64,000 bases of DNA, taken from positions 2,144,001 to 2,208,000 of the forward strand of contig OZ250165.1 of assembly GCA_965238005.1 (NCBI GenBank). Reading direction: 5' to 3'. A program made the translations under genes and the position numbers. This document shows positions 38,444 through 49,468 of the stretch, one piece after another (within the stretch, counting starts at the first letter, position 1; every line of letters starts with the position of its first letter). The notes under the pieces were generated by a model, which was not told where the DNA came from, made no database searches, and was given only the letters and a program-made list of their open reading frames with translations. Origin of the DNA: Longimicrobiales bacterium. GTDB taxonomy: Bacteria; Gemmatimonadota; Gemmatimonadetes; Longimicrobiales; Gaopeijiaceae.

Positions 38444-38590
38444 ATGAGCGAAGACGAGGCCCACGAACTCTGGGACCATCTACGAGAGAGGGGCGAGTGG
38501 TTCAGGGCTACGCCGGAACTGAGGGCATGGGCGGATGCACTGAATGACATGTGGGTGACAAGCGACATTGAGAGGGCGACAGATGAGTGA
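38444..38590 (+). CDS. 48-aa hypothetical protein
   Basis: GGAGG RBS; MSEDEAHELWDHL...; overlaps the next start. Confidence 0.5.
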   Translation: MSEDEAHELWDHLRERGEWFRATPELRAWADALNDMWVTSDIERATDE

Positions 38591-38966
38591 CGAACTGACG
38601 CGAGATGAGGCTACGTTGGAGCTCGCCGAGATATGGGAGGAGCAAGCGGCTGGCCTCGAGAAGTTCGACGCTAAAGACCGAGCGGCCAAGACGCTGCGGA
38701 TGTGTGCCGAGGACGTGAGGAAGACGACCGAGGAGCACGCACAGGAATGGGTGCCGCACGCGACGATCCGGCAACGCACCGGCTGGTCGGACATCACTCT
38801 CAGGAAGTCGTACCTACGCCTTGAGGAAGTCGGACAGGCACGCAAGCGAGCGGGGCGCTGGGAGGTGCTACGCGGGGCCGCGATGTCGATTGAGGTGAAG
38901 CACGGCCACGAACCGCTCGAGGGGTTGGACATCCCCGAGATGGCCCGCACGCTGGCAGCGTCATAG
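38583..38966 (+). CDS. Putative excisionase / winged-helix protein
   Basis: 'EWVP.ATI.QRTGWS..TLR...RKRAGRW'; directly upstream of the integrase. Confidence 0.6.
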   Translation: MSDELTRDEATLELAEIWEEQAAGLEKFDAKDRAAKTLRMCAEDVRKTTEEHAQEWVPHATIRQRTGWSDITLRKSYLRLEEVGQARKRAGRWEVLRGAAMSIEVKHGHEPLEGLDIPEMARTLAAS

Positions 38967-38970
38967 CGTC

Positions 38971-40167
38971 ATGTCTCCCTGGTCACATTCCGCGGGGCGT
39001 CGCGCCACTAGGACCGAGCCATCCAGCAAGGTCCGAGTCTACGAGCGCACCGACGTGGGCGGCATCTTCATGGCACGCTCATGGGCTCTGACGCCTTCTG
39101 GGCGCCCCGAGGAGACCCGCCTACCCGATGGGGTGGACAGAGAGAGCGCAAAGCTCCTAGCGGACCTAACGGCGGCGGAGCGGCGCAAGGATGTGTTGGC
39201 CGGCAGGACTAAGCTCGGCACCGCCAAGCCCATCACGCTCGACGCTCTCATTCAGAGGTACCACCGGAGCGCGGTAGCGAAGGGCTGGTCCGACTCACAC
39301 CGAGGCGACAAGGACAGGGGACGCAAGTATTGGGTTGGTGCTTTGCGTACCGACATGAACGTGCTGGAGCTCACACGCGAAAAGGTGGTGGCTCCGATAC
39401 TCAGGGCGATGGACAACGGCATGAGCCCGCGGGTGGCCAAGAAGCGCCTGAGCTACATACGGGCCGCAGTGCTTTGGGGGCGTGATGAGTCCCGGCTCTA
39501 CGACACCAACCCATTACAGGGTCTCAAGATTCAAAAGGTGGCACAGTACGAGCCGAACACCGAAGGGCTCATCTACTCCGTGATCGACGCCTCTTCCCTG
39601 CTCCAGCCGCATGATGACGTAGACTGGCGAGCCACGCTGGCCGCTAACATCGCATACGACACGGGCCGGCGCATCACGGCGATCCTCGCCCTAACGACCG
39701 AGGATGTGAAGGCCGACAGTGAGCGCATCTTCCTGCACTTCAGGAAAGAGTTCGACAAGGCCAACAAGGACGCTCACGTACCGATTAGCCGACCTACCGG
39801 CCTGTTACTCGCCGACGCCCTCGAGCAGGACGTGGTGAAAGAGTTCGGGTGGCTGTTCCCCGAGGGTCGCCTCGACTATAACGACCCGCGTGACAAGCCT
39901 TGGTCGAAAGACTCAGCTATAGACGCCCTCACCGACGCCGAGGGCATCCACGGCATTGGGCACGTGACCGGCAGGGCCTACCACGGACTCAAGCGGACAC
40001 ACGTCACCACGAGCATGGAGCTCTCACACGGTGACACCGAATTGGTCGGTGACCTGACCGGCAACCTGTCGGCAGAGCTCCTTAGAAAGGTCTACCGCTT
40101 CGGCAACAGGGGCACGATGGCAAGGCATGTAGACGCCATTAGGGGCGTCCTGGAAGCTGGCAAATAG
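38971..40167 (+). CDS. Tyrosine recombinase/integrase
   Basis: TGRR..AIL (R), FDK (K), YHGLKR (HxxR) and LTGN...VY motifs; adjacent to the tRNA 3' end. Confidence 0.92.
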   Translation: MSPWSHSAGRRATRTEPSSKVRVYERTDVGGIFMARSWALTPSGRPEETRLPDGVDRESAKLLADLTAAERRKDVLAGRTKLGTAKPITLDALIQRYHRSAVAKGWSDSHRGDKDRGRKYWVGALRTDMNVLELTREKVVAPILRAMDNGMSPRVAKKRLSYIRAAVLWGRDESRLYDTNPLQGLKIQKVAQYEPNTEGLIYSVIDASSLLQPHDDVDWRATLAANIAYDTGRRITAILALTTEDVKADSERIFLHFRKEFDKANKDAHVPISRPTGLLLADALEQDVVKEFGWLFPEGRLDYNDPRDKPWSKDSAIDALTDAEGIHGIGHVTGRAYHGLKRTHVTTSMELSHGDTELVGDLTGNLSAELLRKVYRFGNRGTMARHVDAIRGVLEAGK

Positions 40168-40211
40168 CGCATGAATCGACACGTGAATATGCACGCGGAA
40201 TCTGACAGAAA

Positions 40212-40247
40212 CAAAGGACCCCAAAAACCTAGTATTTTCGGGGGTCC
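40212..40247 (-). terminator. Hairpin downstream of tRNA-Gln
   Basis: GGACCCC...GGGGTCC stem with TTTGTTT after it on the minus strand. Confidence 0.55.
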
Positions 40248-40252
40248 TCAGA

Positions 40253-40323
40253 TTGGCCCGGATGGATTCGAACCATCACCGCCGGTGCCAAAGACCGGTG
40301 TCCTGCCATTAGACGACGGGCCA
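40253..40323 (-). tRNA. tRNA-Gln (TTG)
   Basis: TGGCCCG/CGGGCCA acceptor stem, CCGGT-CTTTGGC-ACCGG anticodon arm, GGTTCGAATCC T arm; CCA not encoded. Confidence 0.96.
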
Positions 40324-40428
40324 TAAAGGAAAGCGCGCTGTCCCTGCCGGACGGACCCTCGGGCACGAAGCAGGTGACACAATCCTACCCGAGGGCCGTC
40401 CTCGGTTCAACCCGTGACGCCCGGGGAT

Positions 40429-41340
40429 CTACGACGCGAAGGTGGGACTCGGCTGGGTCGCAAGCGTGTGTGTGACCACGAATCGGACGTCGGTCCAGGC
40501 GGCTGACAGCGACTCCCGCGCCGACTCCGCAGACGCCTGCTCGTCGAACAGTGCAAAGAGCGCCCCACCGCTTCCCGCAAGCCGGGCCGTGAGGGCGCCC
40601 TGACCGTCCATCGCTTCCCTCATCGCGCCCAGCCGTGGATGGCGAGCAAAGACCGAGGCCTCGAAATCGTTCACGGAAATCTCGGCGAGACGCTCGGATC
40701 GCTCGAACGCGGCCGGGTCGTGAACGGACGGCGTGACCCCAGCTCGGGCGCCGAGCTCCCCATAGGCGTCGGCCGTGGACACCTTCACTGATGACAGAGC
40801 CATCAGTACCGTGACGTCGTCGTGCCCGGGGATACTCAGGAGCCGCTCGCCTCGCCCCCAGGCCAATGCCCTCCCGGCCCCGGAGGTGAAGAACGGAACG
40901 TCCGACCCCAGGTTCGCCGCAAACCGCAGTAGCTCCGACTGAGGCACCGGGCTGCCGAGGAGTACATTCAGCGCCCGTAGCGTCGCCCCCGCATCCGACG
41001 ATCCACCGCCCAGCCCGGCGCCCGCCGGGATGTTCTTCGTCAGGCGAATCCGAACACCCACATCCGCCGAGGTGGCCTCGAGGAATCTCCGCGCCGCCCG
41101 GTAGGCAAGGTTCTGCTCCTCCGGTCCAACGTCGGGCCCGACCACCTCCACCGACACACCGTCGCCCGTACGCTCCAGGCGTAGCTCGTCGCAGAAGTCG
41201 ACGGCGGCGAAGAGCGTCTCGATCTGATGATATCCGGAAGTCTCCTGAGCGAGGACCCGAAGGAGGAGGTTGATCTTGGCCGGGGCACGCACGTGCACAA
41301 CGTCGTGATCAGGCACGGTCGGAGGGCCGGCCTCCACCAT
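40429..41340 (-). CDS. ispE: 4-diphosphocytidyl-2-C-methyl-D-erythritol kinase
   Basis: APAKINL, KNIP.GAGLGGGSSDA, GSDVPFF. Confidence 0.95.
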   Translation of the reverse strand: MVEAGPPTVPDHDVVHVRAPAKINLLLRVLAQETSGYHQIETLFAAVDFCDELRLERTGDGVSVEVVGPDVGPEEQNLAYRAARRFLEATSADVGVRIRLTKNIPAGAGLGGGSSDAGATLRALNVLLGSPVPQSELLRFAANLGSDVPFFTSGAGRALAWGRGERLLSIPGHDDVTVLMALSSVKVSTADAYGELGARAGVTPSVHDPAAFERSERLAEISVNDFEASVFARHPRLGAMREAMDGQGALTARLAGSGGALFALFDEQASAESARESLSAAWTDVRFVVTHTLATQPSPTFAS

Positions 41341-42415
41341 CCCGGTGCCCGCTCTCATCAACAACATCCGCTTCCCCGGTGAGGGGTGCCTCGGCTTCCA
41401 TTGCGTGCTGAAGGGCCGCACTTCCGCGTACGTTCGACACGGAAAAGCCCATGCGCCACGCATAGTAGAAGCCGATGATCGTGACCGGGAAGAAGCCGCC
41501 CAGATGATATCCGAAGGCGAAGGCCAGCGTGGCGGGTGCTGCCACGCCGTAGACACCGTTCAAAGCCAGGTCGGCTCCGAGCTGGAAGGTGCCGAAGAAG
41601 CCGGGGGCCGCTGGGATGGCCACCGCGAAGCCCACCAAGGCCATCGTAAAGACGGCTGCGTCGAACCCGAGATCGATCCCGAACGCTTTCATACCGAGCC
41701 AAAAGGACCAACCGTGCCACAGCCAGAAACCGAAGCTCCACACGATGGCCTCGCTGAGCAGCCTCGGAGACCGTAGGACCTTGAGAGCATGAAGGAAGGA
41801 CTCCAGGGCCCCCACCAGCCTCTGGCCCAAGGGATCGGGCAGCCGGCCGCACAACCTTTCGGCCAATCGAATGAGAGGCTCCGGAGAGATCAGGAGTGCG
41901 ATGAGCCCCAGCAGGAAAACCGCCAGCATAACGAACGTGGTCTTGAGAACCGCCCCGACGGCCCCGGTCAGGAGATCCTCCGCGCCGGGAAAAGACGGAA
42001 GAGCCATCGGTACGAGGAGCAGGGTCACCAGGACGATGGAATCCAGGAAGCGCTCCACGACCAGGCTCCCGAAGGCTCCCGAGACCGTTACCGGCTCGGC
42101 CCGGCTCAGTGCGAAGGGCCTGGCCAGCTCCCCGAGCCTCGCCGGAAAGACGTTGTTGACGGCGAAGCCGATACAGATGGCGGCGAATCGGGACCGGAGC
42201 CTCGTGTCGGGGCTCACCGGTTGGAGGAGCACGTTCCAGCGGAGCGCGCGTATGAAGTAACCGGCCATTCCCACCAGAATCGAGGCCAGGAAGTACCACG
42301 GATTGGCCCGGGAGATCTGTTCTACAATCTGCCCGGGATCCTCTCCACGCAGTACCCACCAGATGAAGAACGCGCTGACGCCGACTCCGACGACGGCTCT
42401 CCAGCTCGGCCTCAA
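41309..42415 (-). CDS. Lysylphosphatidylglycerol synthase TM-domain (UPF0104) protein
   Basis: RALRW, NN.FPARLGE, VERFLD, PAAPG.FG motifs; multi-TM. Confidence 0.88.
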   Translation of the reverse strand: MRPSWRAVVGVGVSAFFIWWVLRGEDPGQIVEQISRANPWYFLASILVGMAGYFIRALRWNVLLQPVSPDTRLRSRFAAICIGFAVNNVFPARLGELARPFALSRAEPVTVSGAFGSLVVERFLDSIVLVTLLLVPMALPSFPGAEDLLTGAVGAVLKTTFVMLAVFLLGLIALLISPEPLIRLAERLCGRLPDPLGQRLVGALESFLHALKVLRSPRLLSEAIVWSFGFWLWHGWSFWLGMKAFGIDLGFDAAVFTMALVGFAVAIPAAPGFFGTFQLGADLALNGVYGVAAPATLAFAFGYHLGGFFPVTIIGFYYAWRMGFSVSNVRGSAALQHAMEAEAPLTGEADVVDESGHRDGGGRPSDRA

Positions 42416-43155
42416 GTGCCGGTCACTCCACCCCTGGCGGCCCGGATGAGCTCACCCATCTCACGGACCGCCCGTTCCATACCGACGAGAACCGCTCGGG
42501 AGACGATGGAGTGTCCGATGTTCAGCTCCTCAATGGATTTGATGGCTGCGACGGGCGTCACGTTCTTGTAGGTGAGCCCGTGCCCTGCGTGAACGTCCAG
42601 GCCGATGCTCTTGGCGAGCCCGGCGGCATCTGCCAGGCGGGTGAGTTGGGCGTCGCCTTCTGCCTCCGACCACGTGTTGGCGTACTCACCAGTGTGCAGC
42701 TCGATGGCATCGACACCGAGGTCGGCGCAGATGCGGACGAGCTCCTCGTCGGGATCAATGAACAGAGAAGCGCGGATCCCTGCATCGGCGAGCCGCGCCA
42801 GAGCCACACCGGTGGAGGCACGCACCCCGTCGTCCTGGAGCGCCAGCCCCCCCTCCGTCGTCACCTCCTCGCGCTTCTCGGGGACGAGCGTAGCCTGCAT
42901 AGGCCGGAGCTCGCACGCGATGTCGAGGACATCGGTGGCGGCAGCGATCTCGAGATTCACCCCTGTGCGCACGGTCTCCATGAGAAGTCGGACGTCCCTC
43001 TCGTTGACGTGGCGCCGATCCTCACGCAGGTGCACAGTGATCCCATGGGCACCCGCCAGCTCGACCAACACGGCGGCACGAACCGGATCGGGTTCGTCAG
43101 TGCGACGGGCCTCTCGCACGGTCGCCACATGATCGATGTTGACGTAGAACCTCAT
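42412..43155 (-). CDS. pdxJ: Pyridoxine 5'-phosphate synthase
   Basis: [36 protein letters not shown]. Confidence 0.97.
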   Translation of the reverse strand: MRFYVNIDHVATVREARRTDEPDPVRAAVLVELAGAHGITVHLREDRRHVNERDVRLLMETVRTGVNLEIAAATDVLDIACELRPMQATLVPEKREEVTTEGGLALQDDGVRASTGVALARLADAGIRASLFIDPDEELVRICADLGVDAIELHTGEYANTWSEAEGDAQLTRLADAAGLAKSIGLDVHAGHGLTYKNVTPVAAIKSIEELNIGHSIVSRAVLVGMERAVREMGELIRAARGGVTGT

Positions 43156-44021
43156 TGTTCGACCTCGAATAGCTTCCTGATCGATTGCATGGCTTCCTCA
43201 TCGAGGTCCTGCGACGCCAGGAGCTCGAGCAGCTCGCGGCCGAGGACCTTGTATACCTCCCTTGATCACGGGTCGAGACTCCTCAGGTGAAGGCTCAACG
43301 TCTCCACTTCCCCTCGGGTCACGGGTCCGACCAGGGCCCGCTCCAGGCCCATCTCCTCGATGTTGTCGATGGTTCCGCGCGCCAACGCCAACAGCGCGCC
43401 GATGGCCTCTTCCCCCGAGACACCGGCGGAGCCGAGAAGGCGAAATGCCGACGCGAGCATAGCAGCAAGATAATTCGATCCCAGCACGGCTGCCGCGTGC
43501 ACCGTCGGACGGTGTCGGGTGGGTACCGAAAGCGATCTACAGCGCAGAGCACGCAGCAGCTGTTGGGCCACCTGCAGGGCCTGGGGCTCTCCTGCAATCG
43601 ACACAGACGATCGCGGAAGTCGATCGGCTCCGGTCACTGGGTGGGCCACGGTCTGAAGCGGATAGAACGAGCCCACCTGGTACCCCACGGCATTGAGAGG
43701 GCTCAGGGCCTCGGTGCTCAGGGCGCCGGACATGTGGAACGCAGCGCAGTGATCGGGCGCCTCTCCCTGTGCGGCCAGAGCCCGAGCCAGCTCCGGGACG
43801 TCGTCGTCCGGAACCGCGAGGAAGACCCCGGTCGTCCCTGGAGAGGGCCGCTCCAATCCATATACATAGCGGGCTACGCCCTGGTTGAAGAGCGGATGCG
43901 ACGGCGGCTCCTGACGTCGTCCTTGGTACTCGAGGCTTTCCACGCCATCGGCCTGCCAGAGGGCGTGGCCGAGCGCGAGTCCGAGTCTTCCCGGGCCCAC
44001 GATCACCAGACGGTCACTCAT
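43152..44021 (-). pseudogene. Rossmann-like/DUF2520 oxidoreductase with an in-frame TGA at 43266-43268
   Basis: G.GRLG, LAVPDD and GP..RG motifs; the frame continues SREVYKVLGRELLEL..EVEQ* and overlaps the pdxJ ATG. Confidence 0.8.
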
Positions 44022-45319
44022 GCGCCTGGGCCGTGCTCCCGGACCAACTCCACGCCCTGAATCCGAAGAAGCCGACCTGACAGAGCCGGAGTGACCCTGA
44101 TCTCGAGCTCGAGGCTCGTCCCGTTCTGGGACTGCTCCAGCACCTCACCCTCCCTGTAGAGAAGTGCCAGCGTCTCCCCATCGTGAGCCGGGACCTGTAC
44201 GGACAGATGCTGGAGTCCGCTGCGCATACGAGCCTTCAGGACCGACGTGAGTCCCTCCAGGGTCTGGGGGTCAAAAACGGACAGGAAAACCGCCGGTGTC
44301 GGCTCCAGGGCACGAATTCGCCTTCCGAGGGCATCCTCTTCGCCGTGGGTCAGGCGATCGATCTTGTTGAAGGCCAACACCTGCGGCCGATCGGCGAGGT
44401 CGAGGGTGTCCAAGGCGTCCTCGACGACCTGCTTCTGTTCCTCCCAGTCCGGATGGGACGCGTCGATGACGTGAACGAGGAGATTCGCCTCCCGGGCTTC
44501 CTCCAGCGTCGAGCGGAAGGAAGCCACGAGATGGTGCGGAAGCTTTCTGATGAAGCCCACGGTGTCGGTGACGAGCACCTCGAACCCGTCGCCGAGAGGC
44601 ACGGATCGGGTCGCGGAGTCCAGTGTGGCGAACAGCCGGTCCTCCACGAAGAGCTCCGACCCCGACAGCGCACAGAGGAGCGAGGACTTGCCGGCATTGG
44701 TATAGCCCACGAGAGCAACCCGAAAGCTCCCGTCACGGGAACGGCGCTGGATCTCCCGGGCGCGCGCGACCCCCTCCAGCTTCTTACTTAGATCGGCGAT
44801 TCTCCGACCGATCAAGCGACGGTCGGACTCGAGCTGGGTTTCACCCGGCCCCCGGAGGCCCATGCCACCACGGATTCTCGAGAGGTGGGTCCACATCCGC
44901 TTGAGGCGTGGCAGCAGATACTGAAGCTGGGCCAGCTCGACCTGCATCTTGGCCTCGCTGGTGCGAGCCCGGGTCGCGAAGATATCGAGAATGAGCTCGG
45001 AGCGATCCATCACCCGGACGCCGACGCCGTCCTCGATGGCCTTGCCCTGGGCAGGCGTCAACTCTTCGTCGAAGATTACGAGGTCGGCCACCTCCGCCTT
45101 CACACGCTCGCGAAGCTCGTCGACCTTTCCCTGGCCGATGTAGAAACGGGGATGGGGGGCGTCGATCCACTGTCGCACGACGCCCACTACTTTCCCCCCG
45201 GCCGTGTCGGTGAGGCGTGTGAGCTCCTCGAGGTGCTCCTGAGCGACCCGCTCGTCGAGGGTCTTGAGCGGAGCTCCCACCAAGACGGCCCGGTCGACGG
45301 GCGTCTGGTTATCTATCAA
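44018..45319 (-). CDS. hflX: GTPase HflX
   Basis: GPGETQLE, GYTNAGKS, LFATLD, DTVGF, NKID. Confidence 0.97.
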   Translation of the reverse strand: MIDNQTPVDRAVLVGAPLKTLDERVAQEHLEELTRLTDTAGGKVVGVVRQWIDAPHPRFYIGQGKVDELRERVKAEVADLVIFDEELTPAQGKAIEDGVGVRVMDRSELILDIFATRARTSEAKMQVELAQLQYLLPRLKRMWTHLSRIRGGMGLRGPGETQLESDRRLIGRRIADLSKKLEGVARAREIQRRSRDGSFRVALVGYTNAGKSSLLCALSGSELFVEDRLFATLDSATRSVPLGDGFEVLVTDTVGFIRKLPHHLVASFRSTLEEAREANLLVHVIDASHPDWEEQKQVVEDALDTLDLADRPQVLAFNKIDRLTHGEEDALGRRIRALEPTPAVFLSVFDPQTLEGLTSVLKARMRSGLQHLSVQVPAHDGETLALLYREGEVLEQSQNGTSLELEIRVTPALSGRLLRIQGVELVREHGPGA

Positions 45320-45348
45320 CTGGGTGGGGATGATGACTCCTAGATATC

Positions 45349-46719
45349 CTAATCTCGCGGGCGAGCCTCTTCCTTGCGGGCGTTCCAGCGGTCGAGCCGA
45401 TCCTTGATACTCTCCTCGAAGCCCGCTGATCCCGGCTGGTAGAAGTTCTGTCCCGCCACCTCGTCGGGAAGGTACTCCTGTGGCGCTATCCCCTCCGGCT
45501 CATCGGGGTCGTAACGATACCCCTTGCCATACCCCAGTTCCTTCATGAGGTCCGTGGGAGCATTGCGTATGTGGAGCGGAACAGGCGCCGACGGCGTCTC
45601 CTGCGCGCTCCGCAGAGCAGCCTTCCACGCTACGTACATGCGGTTCGACTTGGGGGCGGACGCCAGGTAGACGGCGGCTTCGGCGAGAGCCAGCTCCCCC
45701 TCGGGAGGACCCAGGAAGTGGAAGGCGTCCCTGGCGGCGATGGCCACTCCGAGGGCTCCGGGGTCGGCCAGCCCGACGTCCTCGCTGGCCATGCGGACGA
45801 GGCGGCGGGCGATGTAGAGAGGATCCTCTCCGCCCTCGATCATGCGGGCGAGCCAGTAGAGGGCGCCGTCGGGATCTCCGCCCCGCACGGCCTTGTGGAG
45901 GGCCGAGATCAGGTTGTAGTGCTCCTCCCCCGACTTGTCGTAAAGGGCAAACCGATGCCGTACGGCCTCCTGGGCCCTCGATACGTCCACGGTGCCTTGG
46001 GCCCCTGCCAGCTTGGCGGCCGTCTCCAAGATGCCCAGTCCCCTCCGGGCGTCTCCGTCGGCAGCCCGAGCCATGGCCTCGAGGGCGTCTGAGTCCACTT
46101 CGAGCTCCAGGTGGCCCAGCCCTCGCTCCTCGTCCTCCAGCGCCGAGCGAAGGATGTCCGCTACATTTTCGGGAGAGAGCGGTTTCAGGGTGAACACCGG
46201 GGCCCGGGAGAGGAGAGGTCGCACGACCTCGAAGCTCGGATTCTCGGTCGTGGCCCCGATCAGAACGACGGTGCCATTCTCCACGTGAGGAAGAAAAGCG
46301 TCCTGCTGCGCCTTGTTGAATCGGTGGATCTCGTCGCAGAAGAGGATCGTGCTTCGGTTCGTGGCCCTCCGCCGCTCCTTCGCCTCCTTGATGACCTCCC
46401 GCACCCTCGCCACGCCCTCGGTGACAGCCGAGAAAGCCACGAACGCGGCGTCCGTCCTGTCGGCTACCAGTCGGGCCAGCGTCGTCTTTCCGCTGCCCGG
46501 CGGTCCCCAGAGGATCATGCTCCCGGGATCGCCCTGCTCGATCATGGATCGCAGGGCCTTTCCGTGCCCGAGGACGTGTTCCTGACCTCGAAACTCCTCC
46601 AGCCTTCGGGGGCGCATGCGGGCCGCGAGGGGAGCGCCGGTGGAGGCCTCGGGAACGGCATTTCCCGCCGCCGCATCCGCCGGCGGCTCGCTCTCGGGAA
46701 ACAGACTGAGATCACTCAT
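45349..46719 (-). CDS. rarA: Replication-associated recombination protein A
   Basis: [44 protein letters not shown]. Confidence 0.95.
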   Translation of the reverse strand: MSDLSLFPESEPPADAAAGNAVPEASTGAPLAARMRPRRLEEFRGQEHVLGHGKALRSMIEQGDPGSMILWGPPGSGKTTLARLVADRTDAAFVAFSAVTEGVARVREVIKEAKERRRATNRSTILFCDEIHRFNKAQQDAFLPHVENGTVVLIGATTENPSFEVVRPLLSRAPVFTLKPLSPENVADILRSALEDEERGLGHLELEVDSDALEAMARAADGDARRGLGILETAAKLAGAQGTVDVSRAQEAVRHRFALYDKSGEEHYNLISALHKAVRGGDPDGALYWLARMIEGGEDPLYIARRLVRMASEDVGLADPGALGVAIAARDAFHFLGPPEGELALAEAAVYLASAPKSNRMYVAWKAALRSAQETPSAPVPLHIRNAPTDLMKELGYGKGYRYDPDEPEGIAPQEYLPDEVAGQNFYQPGSAGFEESIKDRLDRWNARKEEARPRD

Positions 46720-48064
46720 AGCCTTCGTGATCCGCGTCAAACGGCTCCGACATTTCCAAAAGAAAACCACCCTTCCGCACGAGCGCCTCGAGCTGGGCCC
46801 GGGTGTTCGTCTCCGGATGCTCCAGCACGTGCTCCAGCAAAAGCTCGAGGATCTCCCGAAATCTGGGGCCCGGGCTGAGCCCCATGACCTGGAGATGCTC
46901 TCCGTTCAAGGCCAGATCCGAGACGGCGAGAGGCGGCTTCGCTCTCAGAACGGATCGGATGGCCTCGATGCACCCGACCGCGGCGTCTGCCGGCGAGGGA
47001 CCAGAAACGCCGACCGGATCGACCCCCGCGCGCGCCTCAGCCAACCAGATCCGTGCCAGGTCCGGGAAGAGCGCAGGGCCGGTCCGGTTGAGCCAGCGCC
47101 GGATATCGGCCGATTCGTCGGACGGGATCCCCAAGGTCCTGTTGGCCACCAGGGTCGAGACTCGCCTGGTGTCCGCGTTGGAGAACCTGAGCCGGCCCAT
47201 GAGCCGTTCTACCGTCCCGCTCACCCCCCGGACGTCACCCGAGCGGTCGCGGGCTATTGGCGAGAGGAGGGTCGCCAGACGAACCAGCGGCCGGCCGCGT
47301 CGCGCGGCGTCACAGGCCATGAGGGCACCGTCCAGGGAGGATGGACCCGAGGTGGCGGTCGCCTCGGCGAGCTCCGGATACAGCTTCGCCAGGGCCCCGG
47401 AGCGAGCGTAGAGATGGAGAGCGATCGACGGGCTGTCGGTCTGGGACAGCAGCTTCATGAGCTCTTCCTGGATCCGTTCGGCCGACAGCACGTGCAGCTG
47501 CGGTACCGCATCGCAAAGAGCCTGCCAGGTCTCTTTCTCTATGGTGAAGCCGAACTGGCCCGAGAAGCGGAGAGCCCTCAGCACGCGGAGAAAGTCCTCG
47601 CCGAAGCGGTCTGCAGGAGCGCCCACTGTGCGGAGGACACGCGCCTCCATGTCGGCGAGCCCCTCACAAGGATCCCGGAGCTCCCCCCGGAGTGGGTGCC
47701 AGGCGATGGCGTTGAAGGTGAAGTCCCGCCGGGCCAGATCCTCTTCGATGTCGTCGGCGAACTCCACCACGGCCCGGCGCCCGAACGTCTCTACGTCCCG
47801 GCGGAAGGTCGTGACCTCGTAAAGCGTTCCTCCTCGGGCGAGAACGCCTACCGTGCCGTGCTCGATTCCGATGGGCACGGTCCGGGAGAAGGCGGCCATG
47901 ATCTCCTCCGGCGTCGCCCTGGTCGCCATGTCCCAGTCCCCTGCGGCGTGCCCGAGGAGGATGTTGCGGATGGCGCCTCCCACCACCCAGGTCTCGAACC
48001 CGGCGTCCTCCAGCGTGGTGGTGATCCAGCGCACGTCCTCCGGAGCGGCGAGGGTGAAGTCCAC
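46712..48064 (-). CDS. cca: CCA tRNA nucleotidyltransferase / poly(A) polymerase family
   Basis: VGGAIRN..DWDMAT, EVTTFR, RRDFT.NA, ED.LR.LR..RF, SAERI; GTG start overlaps the SDR stop. Confidence 0.88.
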   Translation of the reverse strand: MDFTLAAPEDVRWITTTLEDAGFETWVVGGAIRNILLGHAAGDWDMATRATPEEIMAAFSRTVPIGIEHGTVGVLARGGTLYEVTTFRRDVETFGRRAVVEFADDIEEDLARRDFTFNAIAWHPLRGELRDPCEGLADMEARVLRTVGAPADRFGEDFLRVLRALRFSGQFGFTIEKETWQALCDAVPQLHVLSAERIQEELMKLLSQTDSPSIALHLYARSGALAKLYPELAEATATSGPSSLDGALMACDAARRGRPLVRLATLLSPIARDRSGDVRGVSGTVERLMGRLRFSNADTRRVSTLVANRTLGIPSDESADIRRWLNRTGPALFPDLARIWLAEARAGVDPVGVSGPSPADAAVGCIEAIRSVLRAKPPLAVSDLALNGEHLQVMGLSPGPRFREILELLLEHVLEHPETNTRAQLEALVRKGGFLLEMSEPFDADHEGYE

Positions 48065-48825
48065 TACCCCACCAGCACCGCTCCCCCGTTGACGTTGAGA
48101 ATCTCGCCGGTGATATGGCGCGCCAGGGGTGAGCAGAGGAAGACGATGGGTCCGGCGATGTTTTCGGCGGTGGTGATTCTGCCCAGAGGGATTGTGGCCG
48201 CGATCCGGGCCCTGTCGTCGGCCTCCACGACCGCGTGGATCATCTCCGTGTCGATCCAGCCGAGGGCCACGCCGTTGACCGTTACACCCCTGGGGGCCAA
48301 TTCGACACAGAGCCCCTTGACCAGTGAGATGACGGCTCCCTTCGACGCAGCATAGTCTCCGTGGTAGGCCTCGCCCCGCTGGCCCGCCGTGGAGCTCACC
48401 AGAACGATCGCTCCACCCGGTCGGAGACGTCGGGCCGCCTCTCGCGACGTATAGAAGATCGAGTCCAGGTTGCACGACAGCGTCTTGCGCCACTGGCTCT
48501 CGTCCATGTCCGCCAGCGCGACATCTTCCGGGGGCCATATCCCGGCATTCCCTATGAAGAAGTCGAGACCGTCGAACTCCCGGTCTGCCCGCTCGAAGAG
48601 CCGGCCCGCGTCTTCCGATCGCGAGAGGTCCCCTGCCTCCGCCCACGCCTTCACCCCCAGGCCACGCAGCTCCTCCACCACGCCTGCGGCGTCCTGCTCA
48701 CGGGTACGGTAGCCGATGCCGACGTCGACGCCGGCTTCGGCCAAGAGTCGGGCCGTGGCGCGCCCCACACCCCGGGAGCCACCGGTTACCACTGCGGTCC
48801 GCCCCTTCAGATCGATGAGTGACAC
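48064..48825 (-). CDS. SDR family oxidoreductase (FabG-like)
   Basis: TGGSRGVG, NAG, YAASK, ITGE.L.VNGG. Confidence 0.92.
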   Translation of the reverse strand: MSLIDLKGRTAVVTGGSRGVGRATARLLAEAGVDVGIGYRTREQDAAGVVEELRGLGVKAWAEAGDLSRSEDAGRLFERADREFDGLDFFIGNAGIWPPEDVALADMDESQWRKTLSCNLDSIFYTSREAARRLRPGGAIVLVSSTAGQRGEAYHGDYAASKGAVISLVKGLCVELAPRGVTVNGVALGWIDTEMIHAVVEADDRARIAATIPLGRITTAENIAGPIVFLCSPLARHITGEILNVNGGAVLVG

Positions 48826-48874
48826 GTGGTTCACCTCGGAGCAGACATGAGGGAAAGCCCGACTCCCGGCCGGG

Positions 48875-49468
48875 TCACCGGGATCCCTGGGAGAAGATGC
48901 GGTCAACCCGATCACACACCGCGTGTCCGATGGCCAGGTGGAGCTCCTGAGCTCTGGCCGTGCTCTCGGTAGGTACGATGACCGCCACGTCCACAGCGTC
49001 CTTCAGGCGGCCGCCCCCCTTCGCGAGCAGCGCCACGGTACGGAGGCCGGAGGTTCGGGCGGCTTCGACGGCTCGGACGAGGTTCTCGGACTCACCACTA
49101 GTAGAGTGGACGAGGAGGAGGTCGCCTTCCCGACCCAGCGCCTCCACCTGGCGCGCGAAGACATCCTCGAAGCCGAAGTCGTTCGCAGCAGCCGTCAGAA
49201 CGGAGCTGTCAGTGGTGAGCGCCAGCGCCCGCAGGGCGCCCCTCTCCCGACGAAACCGGATCACGTACTCCGCGGCCAGGTGCTGTGCGTCGGCGGCCGA
49301 TCCGCCGTTCCCGCAAAATAGCAACGTCCCATCGGCCTCCAGGGTCTCCCGAACGATGGAGGACACTATGTCGATGTCACCGGCCAGGTCGCGCGCACAC
49401 GTTGCCGCGAGCTCCGCCAGCTCGAGCAGTTCTCCCGATCCCTGCGCTTTGTCCGACAAGGGGCTCAC
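48875..49468 (-). CDS. gmhA: D-sedoheptulose 7-phosphate isomerase
   Basis: GNGGSAADAQH, NDFG, STSG.S, QELH. Confidence 0.95.
   Translation of the reverse strand: MSPLSDKAQGSGELLELAELAATCARDLAGDIDIVSSIVRETLEADGTLLFCGNGGSAADAQHLAAEYVIRFRRERGALRALALTTDSSVLTAAANDFGFEDVFARQVEALGREGDLLLVHSTSGESENLVRAVEAARTSGLRTVALLAKGGGRLKDAVDVAVIVPTESTARAQELHLAIGHAVCDRVDRIFSQGSR

Larger units (their letters stand above)
19028..40252. mobile_element. Composite genomic island at tRNA-Gln (left edge inferred)
   Basis: Integrase next to the tRNA 3' end, cI/cro switch, pseudogenes, IS3 and repeated intergenic modules. No attL copy of the tRNA end was seen. Confidence 0.7.

Noticed and set aside
43266..43268. Selenocysteine or stop-codon recoding in the DUF2520 gene
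   Set aside because: Not an evident catalytic Cys position; TGA terminates many genes here, and the other in-frame stop is TAA
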